62,645 nt of DNA from Carcharhinus longimanus (lineage: Eukaryota). The stretch lies in contig JASCQW010000032.1 in NCBI GenBank assembly GCA_030264375.1, positions 26,311,958 to 26,374,602 of the forward strand, read 5' to 3'. The stretch's first letter is position 1; every line of letters begins with the position of its first letter. The notes below the pieces were generated by a model that had not been told where the DNA came from, ran no database searches, and saw only the letters and a program-made list of their open reading frames with translations. The position numbers and the translations under genes are program-made. Below are positions 50,400 through 62,511 of this stretch, piece after piece.

Positions 50400-52870
50400 A
50401 GGAAAAGGTTGCTAGAAGTGATGAAGTGGTGGGTAGATGAAATACACAAGAATGGTGTTAGGAGAGATGAGGGGAGTCAATGGTGGAGTGAATGGGCTAG
50501 GAAGGCATGAAGGAGAAAAGCGGAGTAAACGGGACAAGGGTCTGGGGGCAGAGTGTTTCATAGGTTGAATCAATGGGGGAGATTCAAGGGTGACTTGGGG
50601 GATCAGTGGTGATGAGGGCAGTTGATTGAATGACAAGAGGAGGGTTAAAGATAATGTAGACAGTCTGAAAGGTTGCACTCATCACCTTAGCGCAAAGGCT
50701 GCTCACCAACAGACAAAGAAGCCCCTGATGTCCATCAACTAGGAGGAAGGGAGGTCATCTTGAGTGGTTGGAGCTGAATATCAGCAAAACTGAACAATGT
50801 ATTTCTTGATAATTATGGAGAATCTGTATGAGGACTTTGTTCTTTTAAAACCTTCACTGTATCATGAAGCCCACACAGCAGCAGGGCTGGCCCTGAGGCT
50901 TCTCATAACAATGAGATCCCAGCGAGGTGTAGGGATTCATCTGTATGCCTCTCTCCCTTCACACTGAGCCATTTGACATCGGCTCCTGTCATAGGATGAA
51001 GGGAGAGAGGCATACGGATGAATGGCAAGTAACCTGCTAATGAAACCTTTATCCTTCTGGGGGAATGATCATTCCTGATAGGGGCTCAGGTGGTTAATCT
51101 TTCCATTATGACAAAGCAAAAATCTCAATTTGTCTTGGGAGCATTAGAGGCAAACAGAACAATGTGAGAGAAAAGCTTCTTGCATATGACTTTCATTACT
51201 CATGTCAAAAAATGATGGCTCTATGCACAGGCATACAAAATGGATACCCATCCTTGCCTCCAGGATGTTCTTCATCTGGGAAATATGGAATGTACACAAA
51301 CATTAAAGCAAGAATGAATCCAAGAAACTTCCAAACTGTGCAAGTTAATGTTTAATTGCAAGTATCCAAACTGTATATAAGATTGTCACAAGTGTGAATT
51401 CAGAACAACTTAATCTTTCTAACTCTATTTCTATGTCTAGGTGCAGCCCTGATATCACCAGCAGAAGAAAACCTGCTGACTCCTATGCTCTGTTTTCCGT
51501 GATGACTTTGGTGGGCTTCCTCTGGAAGTCCAAGGCTTGAAGGGCCCCAGCTGCTTTGGCTGTCCTGCTCAGACAGGCACACCCTTTTCAGCCTGAGCAG
51601 CTGAAACTGTTTAGATCACAGGCAGGGTGGAATGGGAATACCTGGATGCCCTTGGAGGGTTCTGTCTGGAGGCTCCCAGGGTGTCTGGCTAATGCTCCTT
51701 TTTCCTCTGGGTGCTTTAAGGACTCTCTCTGACTCCTTGAAGAGAAGGAATGACTGGATGGAGATTGAGGTGGCCCATTGCCCTCTCACCTACTACTGGA
51801 ATGCATCCATGATTATAGCAATGATATGCAGGCCTGAGCGCATATTTGGCAGAAATTGCTGGGCCTGGGTTTCTATGGCATTTGCCATTCCTCCCAAGGG
51901 GACTTCCATGCATTCGCATGCTGGACCATGACATTAGCGAGCATGTGCAAGGAATTCCCCCATCTCTTCTGCCACTCTTTTGTGGGCCCCAGACACCTCT
52001 GAATGATGTTCCTGTGGTGCTCTCTGAACCTTCAACAGATTTTCTCTGGCTGCTTCCAGAAGCTTGTCATCAAACTTGAACTTAGCAGATGCCTAGTCTT
52101 CAGTAGTCCTTTGAATGCCAGAGACCTTGGCTGTCATTGCCTCCTCTTGCTGTGGACATGTGTTTTTGAAGTGGCCTCTCTANNNNNNNNNNNNNNNNNN
52201 NNNNNNNNNNNNNNNNNNNNNNNNNNNNNNNNNNNNNNNNNNNNNNNNNNNNNNNNNNNNNNNNNNNNNNNNNNNNNNNNNNGCGTGTCCTTCTAATACA
52301 GTGACCATGTGGCTTCTGGCTGTGTTCTCAGTCAGTTCCCCTTCAGCATCTTGTTGATTGTCCTCACTGATGGAATTTAATCTCTGTTTTAACCTGTGGG
52401 ATCAGAATCCTAAATTTATTGTCCAAGTCAGCTTAATCAAGGATATTGATGGTTGCTACCCTGCCCCATACACGGCGGCCATGACATTGACTAATGGTCT
52501 CTTGGATTGTTCCTGTCTTTCGTCCATTCATATCTTCTGCCCCAACAGTCTGTGAGTTAGGTGGAGGTACAATCTCTTAGGCTGGGGAGAGCACCACTCT
52601 GGAATTGTGACCCAGCTATATCCACCACCAGAGATACCAATTCATAGTGGGTGTTGTCATACAGAGTTTTCCCTGTGCGTTTTAGTATCAATCCGTTCTG
52701 TGGTCCGGGGCTGGCTTCAGGACAAATCAAGTGGGATGGTTTTGGGGTTGGCTTTGGCCCATTTCTTATTTCATACAAGACAAAGGTCTTCTTTGTGTGT
52801 GCCAGGGCATCACTGTCCGAGCACTAATCCTTTTTCTGGGCTATTAGCCAGACATCCAATTTTGGGGCCC
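50400..52870 (-). mobile_element. Probable heavily decayed Harbinger-derived sequence
   Basis: Composition and fragmentary minus-strand translations resemble the Myb-partner C-terminal regions elsewhere in the window; no clean motif. Confidence 0.25.
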
Positions 52871-52879
52871 ATTATTTGA

Positions 52880-55800
52880 AAATCCCTATCAATCCCCTGC
52901 TATGGTGACACTCATAACATTCAACTGAACTGCCACTTGTTTTTTTATATCAGCCGCTGGTTGTTACACTCAAACATTATACTCTTATCGGGATGCACCC
53001 ATAACACACCATCCTCACATTCCCCCCCATCAGGTGGGGCAAACCTTAATAGCTGTGAAACCAAAAGTTCATCTTGCTTGGAATGTCCTGTGTGCTTATC
53101 CCAATGATGAGTCTGATAAGGTAAATTCTAGGTTGCATCTTTTGTCGTTGTCTGTTGTCCTGAGGAGATCAATGTAATTTCTACTGTTATTGCATCTAAT
53201 TTTTGGTGCATATGCCTGTGTGTAAACTGTCCATACCTACACTCACCGCTCCCCCCCTCAGCCTTTTCTTTTTTTTAAACACTATCAACAGTGGTATGGT
53301 CAGGAGGACCCAGATATATCGATTGTCGCTTGCATTTTGTAGTTTATGTTTCTAATTTTGAACAACTGCTGAGCAAATTTTTGTTCAGTTTGATAAATGG
53401 ATGAGTCGTAGAGTGGTTCAGAAAAGAGCTTGTTTAAACTGTCCAGCAAAATCAAGGCGGCCTGTTTTATTCTAGCAGCAATCACCATTAGCCCTCGGGA
53501 TTCAAATAGCACTGGAGTCAGTCTGTAATAACCTGAAGGGATTGGCATCGGTGTATCTTATGGGACATGGGTCGAATAAGATTCCGGAAGGCAGAACGAA
53601 TTTAAAATTTAGCACAGTTGCCTTGATGATTTTAAAATTTGGCTCAGTCGCCTTGGCGATTTGTCTGAACTGAAGAATGGCGACCAAAGAACATGGCATC
53701 GGACTGTGTAGATAACCCGGTTAATCATACTATCAGTATACAGATGGCATGGGAATGAGTTGGTTATATTTAACTGGATATTTTACATATTTCAGTGGAC
53801 CTTCAGGTTGAAGGATTCTGAGTGAGTTCTTCCATCTTTCTTGTACCTGCATTGTAGGCTGAATTGCATCATTTGGAGCTTCTTAGATTCCTTCATTCAG
53901 CATTTCCATTAACATTGCCCAACAGAGACTCATCCTCTGAATAATTTGTCTCATGGGGCTCCATCATTACCTCCTGGCCTCCATACCCATGTCTGTTCAT
54001 TGGTCTGCACTGTTGGGTCTGAGTTCAAGGGTCCTTTATCCTCGGCTTCCATGCTAATCAATCTGTGTCTGGTCTCTTCCAGGTGGGGCACACAGCATTG
54101 GATATCCCCATCAAAATAACCCGGTGCTGTTTTGTCGGGGCCTCACTGTTGGGTCTGGGGCTAGTAAGGCTTATGTTTATAGCGAAATCCATAATTCTGC
54201 GAGGGCCAATATCTAGTGAGTCGTGCCAGTTCTCTAGGATGTGCAAGTCTCCTGTTAAGTTGGGTTTGAACCTGAAAGTGAATGAGAAGGTGTCCGGGGA
54301 AACTCGTTTCCTGCATGAGGCCATTCCGGTCACCTAGCATCATTCTCCACTATCTCTAATGTGAGATGGTGGAAGTGATTATTCTGAGTCCCATAAGTTT
54401 TCAGTTGATTGACGTGGAACCAACCAGTTTTCTTGTTGGCGATCAGGACCTTATACACCAAGGGGCTCATTTCATCGGTAATGGTGGGCGGGCCTACGTA
54501 TCTTGGGGATAAGAAAGAACTAGGATCGTAGAGGGAAATCCTTACCTGCTGGCCAACTGTATATTCTACTGGCAGTGCCCTTTTATCAAACTATGCCTTG
54601 CTCTGTTTCTTTTTAACTCCTAATCAGACAGTCGCAGTTAACTGGGCTGCTTTAATGTTTCCAGTTATCTGTAGACGGCTTTCTCGTGGGTGAGCGCTGT
54701 GATAGCAGGCTCAGTTAAATCAAACCCCAATAAGTATTCAGCTCCCTCATAGGTCAGCCAGTCATTAATGTGTGGGGGAGTGAACCCAGTAGAACTGGAA
54801 ACGGTGTTGTGTACCATCATAGGGCAAAGGGAAATACTGTATCTCATATTGTGTTGTTTTCTGCATCGTCTTCCTAATGATCCCTTTTTGCATTCGGTTC
54901 ATGCGCTCTACAATTCCATTGGATTGTGGACGGTAGGCAATGTGGAATTTCTGCTTGATGCCAAACATAGCCATAACATTCTGCATCACTCGCCCAGTGA
55001 AATGTCCCTTGGTCGGAGTCTATGCTGGCACATGCCTTGGCTAATACATCTTGCCTTACAGTTGCCAGGTAGGCAGGTTCTTTGGTGGCTTCTAAACTAA
55101 TTCCACTTGCATGCCGACAGACCATATTTTAATAAGGGGCCTGACAGTCGGGACTTTCCTTCCACAAAGACCAACCCTCTGGCTTCCCAAAATGGTAGGA
55201 ACTGAGTCAGGCTGTTGCACAGGTATATGCTATCAGAGTGTACGTTGGCAGGGATTGGAAATAAATCTGGGTGCCTCACTAGATACGTGATTGCTGCCAG
55301 TTCAGCAGGTTGAGCACTCAAATGGCTGGGTAGTTTGGGAGTGAGTTCTATTAGGTGGCTGTTGACTTTCCACAGCAATGCCACATCCTGTGATTCTGGT
55401 CCCATCCTCTGTGGTGGATGAACCATCTACATAAACTCTCATGGCTGAGTCTTTCTGTTGGGTGGCTGTCTGTTTTGTCCCTGGCCATGCATGTTTAGGG
55501 ATAAATTGACATGTGGGGTCCTTTGTGGCTATAACCTGATGCTCATGTGGATCTCTCCCATAATTTAAACTATCTGCCAGGAATATCATGGGCACTTTAG
55601 TTCGCTTTACAGTGATGTCCCTACCCTGCAGTAGTATATCCAACGGACAGCATGGACCTGGCTTACTGAACCATCTTTAAGGTGGCAGTGTAGCAGAAGC
55701 TGGGCTGGGGTGTGTTCGGTAAGAATTGTTTTTGGGTTTAGTCTGGTGATATAGGCGAAATGCTGCATGGCCCAAAAAAACACAAGCAGGTGTTGTTCAC

Positions 55801-57460
55801 ACCTGGAGAAGCCCTGTTCAACTGGGTCTAATACTCATGAGGCATAGGCTACTGGGCCTGGTCTACCATGTTGTCCTGTAATAATACTGCCAAAAGTGTA
55901 TGGTCGGTGGCTGCAAATTCTAAGGCATATAATAGATCTGGGTCAGGATGTGAGGGTGTGCTTTAAATCGATTACTGCAGCTGTGTTCTATGCAGTCCAC
56001 TTCCAGGTTGCGTTTTTCTTTAGCAATTCAGACAGTGAGGCTTTTTTGGTGGCGAAGCCATTTATAGGGTTCTGACAGTACCCTAATAGACTTCGGACAG
56101 ATCAGAGGGCACTCACTTCTCGGGGCAATGGGACTATGGAGTCTATCCTTTCCTGTTTGATCTCCCTCTTCCTGTGGGTATGTAGGTATATGACCTTGGG
56201 TTGCAAAATTTGAGCCTTTATCAGGTTGACTTTGCAACCTAATGAATGGAGCAGTGCGAGCAAATTCATCTAGCAATGTTACATACTCCTGTTCGGTGTT
56301 AGTCTATCAGAATAATCGTCCACATATTGGACCAGGCACTCGGGTCTGGAGAACTTTTCTAGTCCGGCAGTTGGTTATCTATGGAAGATGAATGCGGAAT
56401 TATGGAGATTCTGTGGAAGGTAAGTCCAAGTATGTTGCTATCCCTGAAGGTAAAGGCAAACTTGTACTGGCAGGACTGATTTTAACAGGACGGACTAGAA
56501 CCATTACAGATATCCAGTACTGTGAAAAGCTTTGCCAGGGCTTCCTGTCTCATGGTGACGGGGCTTGTAACTACTGTGGGAGCCGTGAGTGGGGTAATCT
56601 TATTTAATTTCAGATGATCATTAACATCCATGCAGGCCATAATGGTGCATTGTTTGTGGATGCCAACCATCTCAACACCCTCTGCTGTAATCAGTGACTA
56701 TCAGTTATTTTGGCCACCTCACCCCTCTGCCTGTCTGGGGAAACCATATTGTCTCTGCAGTTTAGGATCCTGCTCTTCAGTTAACACCTCTCCAGGTACC
56801 TGGCCACAATCATGTTTCTGCCATGCAAATACGCCAGTTTTTTTTTTAAAAGCAGCTCCCTGATGGCCGGATCACTGCTAACCATTAAGGGATCAAACCA
56901 GAATTCCCCTATTATGCCAACCCTATTCACTTATGTCCTGACTGGGATGATTAAAGATGCTCTACTAATTGTAGTCATCTGCCAAATGCATTGATTAGCT
57001 GGATCAAATGAAAGATTACATTTATTCATGTAATCGGACTCAAGAGTGTGTTCCACGTTTGGGGGAAGGTCAACTAACATCACTGGATGGTCATACACCA
57101 TATTGCATAGATGGACCTGTACAGGGGCTGGCATGTGTTCTGTGAATTCATTGAGTGTGATTGTACCCATACTTGGTCAAGAGATGTCTGTCTTAAATTT
57201 CGATAAATTCAGGGTAGTTTGGGAGCCTCCGGTATTCCAAAGGAATTCTATGAGGTGGCCTCTTACCTCGCCATTAACTAGTGGTCTCCCTATGCTATCC
57301 CACCTGGAGCTACAAACCCAAGTTGGGGAGACCGGACACCGTCACTCTAGGGTTCCATAGGCAGGAGCAGTTGGAAATGGTGGTGGGCGAGCACTCACGG
57401 TATGCATGGGGTGACCGGGACCTTTATTGTTGTTGCACTTGATCACCCCTGACATGTATT
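52880..57460 (-). mobile_element. Retrovirus-like element B, 3' part (gag end, pro-pol, unknown 3' region, PPT, start of 3' LTR)
   Basis: Minus: protease FLW(N)TGGS about 57225; RT LEKFSRPECLVQYVDD 56315-56326; tether PVAYAS..EQGFSRCEQHLL..WAMQHF; RNase H VYVDGSS..AELAA..SDS; integrase IDSDQG..HIAYRPQSNGIVERMNR; LTR start TGTTATG at 53006. Confidence 0.88.
54350..57341 (-). pseudogene. pol: pro-pol pseudogene of element B
   Basis: Order PR-RT-tether-RH-IN with many stops, frameshifts and deletions (integrase zinc finger not seen). Confidence 0.88.
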
Positions 57461-57547
57461 ACTGAACTCTGATAAGGACAGCCTAGGAGTGGGAGTGAGA
57501 TGGGAGAATAGAAGACTCCAGGTGGTGAGTATAAACTTATCTGTGTT

Positions 57548-59820
57548 ATGGCAGGATCACAAGGAAGTGGGGGCCCCTGGGATCCCTGATAGAGGAATAT
57601 ATATATGACTGAGAGGGATAGATTCATTAAACAGATGGGAAAAGAAGGTTGGAACTCATCCGTTCGACCAACAATGAAAATGTTTGGAAAAGGGAAAGAA
57701 AGATAGAACTAAGAAAATTGGAGTTCTCTTGGTTCATCAATTAGCAGGATTAATTGAACAAGTCTCAGGCAAGAAATGGGCTGATGACAAAGCAAAAATC
57801 AAATTGTTGGAATCATGCAATAGATATTAGAATATTTTTGAGAAGCATTTGAATGTGGGGAGTGACGCTTTAGAATACACCATGAATGTTTGGGAATGCT
57901 TAAACCTGCCCGAACTGAGAAAGCCTTTTCACAAGTGTTTAAAGACGGGCTGTCATCAGTTCACCAAAAAATCCTTAAAATGGGAATTCTTAGCACACAG
58001 AACTATGATGAATTAGTAGAATGGGCATATGGAATTCAAGATGGACCAGATGAGAAACTCTAAGGAGAAATCTTAGGTTTTGTATTTCAGTGTGTTTGTG
58101 GGATCTGGTTGCTTGTTGAATGTAGGAATGTAGGTGGTTGTTGTTGTATTAGATTGAGAGCAGGAGTGTAATGCTTTACACTTTGGTTTAACTTCAAAGG
58201 GACTGAGGAAGTGTTAAAACTGTTGAAATTTTAAGTATAAGATTTCTTGAATTTACTTCTGTTTTGAGTGTAATTACATTTTGGAAGAAAGAAGAATGAA
58301 GGCAACTGTCTTAATCTGTCTTCTTTGTTTCTTTCAATGTTTTATTTTCATCCCAGTTTAGAATGTTGGATTTGAATAAAGGATAATATGGAATGAATGT
58401 TGGAAGCTTCCATGTGTATCTGTATGTGTGTTTAATGAAGTGGTTAGGATGTTTTTGTTGTTGTTGTTTGCTTCAGTGTTTTAATGTTCTTTCTCTAATT
58501 GTGATTTTACAACAGTAGATTTGATATAGGTTTAAGTAAAAATTGGAAAGTAAACTGAACTTTCAAAATCAAAATATATAAATTGAAGTTTGAAATAACC
58601 AGTTTGAGTTTTGAATAATCCTGGGTTCAAATTTTGTTAGGAACGGATTTAAACCTTGGAAGGAACAATGTGCTCTTTCCTTTTGTCTTGAAGAAGTTGT
58701 TTGAGACGAAGTTAATTCATTTGGCTCCTTGCCGAAAGTATTTTTGCGTTTTAAGTAGATGGTTTGTGGATGACAAGCAAGATTGTTTATCACAACCCAG
58801 TGATAATTGAGACTTGAAGAGTTTGGTTCATTCTGATTTTCTCATTGTTAACTTTTGAATTAAAGTAATTGGTTATGCTTAAGTGTTACAGTTTCTGACA
58901 TTTAAATTGATAGAATAAATTGAGTGCACAAAATAACCAACTTATAAATGGGAAGTTGCCTGAATCTATAAGAGGTAAATAAGTTTAATTTTGACAAATA
59001 AAAGGTAATGGAAATAAAATCTGTATGGGTTTTATGTTTCAAAGAGGGATGCATTGCAATATATTCTCAGTTTTTGATTTAACCACCTGAATGTGAGATA
59101 ATTTTACAGAGTAATATGTTTGTTTTGTGACTTTCCTATACTGAGTAAACGTTATCTGTGGTAATCCTCATGTTCACATGTAAAGTTTGTCGAATCGCTG
59201 TTTGTAAATACTAATAAGTTGGGAGTTAATTTGTCTGAAAAGCTAAGGGCTCTGGAGAGCGTCGATGACTTTACAACAGATGATGGGACTTTTCCTAGTA
59301 CTTAGTTATTTGGGGTTACTGGAGTTAAAATGCTTAAAGGGGAACAAATAAACCATTTGTGCAAGTTACGTTACTCATAAATAAATTGGTAAAGCGGACA
59401 GAATGATGGAGGAGTTTCCTCTATAATTTGTCAAACTGATAGGAAAACTTTTGAATTACTTTTAGTTTGTACTTTGGTTAGATTGTGTTAATTGGGGTCA
59501 TAGACGAACATAGCATGTGTCTGTTAGAAGGTGATAGATATTGAACTGTGACTGTGGAAGATTAAAATGGCATCTGTGACAAAAGAGTGTTTATTGTGCA
59601 AATTTGGATCATTTTTAAATGACGAATACTTTGGACAGTTAAACCTACCTCTTCAGCACTTTTGGGTGCATGACCCTCCAAAATCCAAATTTGAACGTCA
59701 TTTCCTTTGTATTTGTATCAATGATTTATTATTGTCCTGTGCATAATTCTGAACCTAAAATGGTGTTTAGAATATGTGATTATTTGTACTGTTGTCTGTA
59801 GCTTCTGGAAATATCAATGT
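57548..59820 (+). mobile_element. Probable non-autonomous LTR-element interior with degenerate gag fragments, AT-rich
   Basis: + fragments KKIGVLLVHQLAGLIEQV and EKAFSQVFKDGLSSVHQKILKMGILSTQNYDELVEWAYGIQ resemble capsid pieces. Confidence 0.4.
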
Positions 59821-59839
59821 GTTGTAGGGATGTATTTTT

Positions 59840-60397
59840 ACTGTGCATGCCAATGTCTAGGCCTTGCTTGACCGTTGAGTGACTGGGGAATTCCTGACAG
59901 ATACTGGTCCTGAGTCTGTGATCCATCATGCTTCGCGTTTAGGATCAAGGAAGGTGTGTGACCCTTGTGCCTCCGGCACCTACAGACATGGCCGTTGAGG
60001 ACATACCCAGAGATCGGTGTGGCAGCACCTGACTGGACTTTATCAATCAGGGGGATCAAGTCCTGATTGACTGATTGGCAATGACCAAAAGGGGCGTGAA
60101 ACTCAACCAGGAATGAGTTACAACAATGGTGACCATCACCAGCGATGACCAGCAGTTGGAGAGCAACCACACCCGAGAAGGAAGGAAGGAAAGAAAACTA
60201 AAGCCAGAGTGCCAGGCCGGACCAAAGAACTATACTATGCAGAGGACGACCAAGACCGATGCACAGGTAAAGGCCAGTATTTGCTTGGGTACTTGCCAGT
60301 CACGCAAGGTTAAGTCAAGATCTTGTATTGGACTTGAACTTTGGTATTTTCCTGTAAGATAACTTATTGTTGGTTGAGTGGGTGCTTATTGATTGTG
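59840..60397 (+). repeat. LTR of the element B family in + orientation (runs into N gap)
   Basis: 60359-60397 matches the reverse complement of 62607-62645 at 37/39 nt; left boundary uncertain. Confidence 0.6.
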
Positions 60398-60497
60398 NNN
60401 NNNNNNNNNNNNNNNNNNNNNNNNNNNNNNNNNNNNNNNNNNNNNNNNNNNNNNNNNNNNNNNNNNNNNNNNNNNNNNNNNNNNNNNNNNNNNNNNN

Positions 60498-60690
60498 TGT
60501 CTGGGGAAACTGTCTTGTCTCTGTGGTTTCAGATCCAGCCCTTCAATTAACACCTCCCCAGGTATCTGGCCACAGTCTTGCTTATGTTGCGCAAACACCC
60601 CATTGTTTGTCTGAAGCACCTCCCTGATGGCTGGATCACTACTAATCATTAACCAGAGTTCCCCTATTGTGCTAACCCTATTAGCATATA
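60498..60690 (-). pseudogene. Second copy of element B RT N-terminal segment
   Basis: SSDPAIREVLQTNNGVFAQHKQDCGQIPGEVLIEGLDLKPQRQDSFPR parallels 56730-56930. Confidence 0.8.
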
Positions 60691-60799
60691 GACCATAGAA
60701 CCCTATAGAACCCATCGAGCCGACCACAATCCCACCCTGGCCCTACCCCCATATCCTTACATATTTTACTTTTGAGCCATCGGCTCGTGTGACCATTGG

Positions 60800-60900
60800 C
60801 TGCCCCTTCGTCAGGTAAGTGTCACTTACCTGACGAAGGGGCAGTGCTCCAAAAGCTATTGGCTTTTGCAGCTAAATAAACCTGTTGTATTTTAACCTAG
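60800..60900. mobile_element. Penelope-type palindrome with a degenerate hammerhead core
   Basis: Perfect 22-bp arms 60800-60821/60823-60844; + CTGACGA-A-GGGGC agt GCTCC-AAAA-GCT. Confidence 0.7.
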
Positions 60901-62049
60901 AGACTTACTACATTTATTTAACCCATCTACGGGATCGCATTTATTAAGCCCTACCGCGGTCAATATCGCTTCCTTGATCTCCTTTAAGGTTCCTTCTCCA
61001 ACATTTTGAGGGGTTGGCAGGGCAGACCATACAGACTTACATAAGCACATGACTGTCAGTTTCACTTCTTCCCTTTCATCTAGCCCATACATTATCTTTT
61101 GCTGCCTAACATCCTCATAGAAACTGTGTGGGACAGCTGATAGCTCAAAGGTTGTGATTTTATTTGTGGTTTTAGTCAATTGTGTCATGTATGTGACAGC
61201 TGAGCCCTGAGACTCTCCTACCTGACGTTCAGTCGTCACTGGGTGCATCGGTACTGGAGGTGAATCTGGGTGCATGGTGGGTATGACTTCCCCTGGGAAA
61301 GATGGTGGTGGGCCCCTTGCGTAATGTACAGCTTAGCATTCTCTTTTAACTCTCCATAATCTGCATCCTCTACCTCCTCTTCCTCTATTATCCCGAAGGT
61401 ACACATAAATCTGTTGTGAACCGATAATAGAGATTTCAGCCGTGAAGTTTCTTGCTGGCATTTGGAGTGGTCAGCAATTGCCTGTCTCTGTTTCTTACTG
61501 GCTTGATGTAGTGCTTTTATTGCTGCCTGCAGATCAGTGTACTCAGCTTTCAATCGTGCTTCCGCCCGCTCAGCTTCACCTTTGGCCAGGACAGTGTCTT
61601 GGTAGCTTCTCATACTGGGTCTGAAAATTGCCCAGATGTAATAAATTTGCCTCTTTGATTCTTTTTAATTCATCTACTTCTCTGTCCTTTTTGGCTCTTA
61701 TTTGTTCTATTTTCTCTTGCTGCTGTTCCTTTAGTTTCTTAATCTCCTTCTCCTTTTCCTCCTGTGCCCGCTTCAATTCCTCCAGTTCCTTACAAACTGT
61801 GTTTAATTCCTTTTCTGTTCCTAGCAGCTGTCCCTAAGCAGCTCACCATGGCAGTCGCTTTCTCACATTACCTGATTGTTTTCGCTGAACTTTCCTCAGA
61901 TCATCCCAATACTTCTGTCCTTGGAATCCCAGTCCCATCTCAGTATTGACACAAAATTCTGCCCATGAGGGCCACCCTTTCTTAATATATTTTCTGATTT
62001 TTGTTTCCCATATGGGACACTTCTCTGTCTCTGTTCTGTTTCCTGCCAT
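60892..62049 (-). pseudogene. gag: gag pseudogene (N-terminal part, long coiled-coil) of element B
   Basis: Frameshifted ORFs 61843-62049, 61576-61776, 61236-61613 and 60892-61275 downstream of PBS; E/K/Q-rich heptads followed by a capsid-like segment. Confidence 0.72.
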
Positions 62050-62490
62050 TCTATGTTTTTGACGATAAGGGGGAGGAAGTTGATCGGACTGCGGGTACAG
62101 CTTTGGACTATGTTCCAGTCCTAATCCCTCCGATTCTAAGTAAACCTACAGAGTTTACCTTATCCTCCTTGTTAGTAACAATGCATGCACAAAAACAATT
62201 CCCGAAAGCAACAATTTGTCCAATAAGGAGTTTACACCTGTTGGCTCTGGCAAGTGAAGCTGGATAGAAACAAAGAAATATAGAAACTAGAAGCAGGAGA
62301 AGGCCATTACCTTCTCCTCAAGGATTTTAAATAATCCTTCAATATAGACCTTTCAGTCCCTCTGATTTACTTGAAATCCTGGCTGTCACATGGAGTATTT
62401 GCCATCTTAATTTGGGCTCAGGCTAAATCTCCAAGAGTATTAGGTTTTGTGGGATTCGATATTGGAACAACAAAGTTACTTCTTGTTGAT

Positions 62491-62508
62491 GTCTCATCTG
62501 GGGTGCCA
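62491..62508 (-). promoter_or_regulatory. Primer binding site, tRNA-Arg(CCT)-like
   Basis: Minus TGGCACCCCAGATGAGAC, 3 nt after the LTR end; from memory it differs at one position from the complement of the vertebrate tRNA-Arg(CCT) 3' end (GTCCCATCTGGGGTGCCA). Confidence 0.75.
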
Positions 62509-62511
62509 ATT

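Noticed and set aside
59570-59750. ECLLC motif as a possible env SU CXXC on + strand
   Set aside because: A single short motif in AT-rich degenerate DNA with no supporting env features
61236-61776. SMC/myosin-like coiled-coil host gene
   Set aside because: Sits directly downstream of LTR and PBS, frameshifted and intronless; best explained as gag
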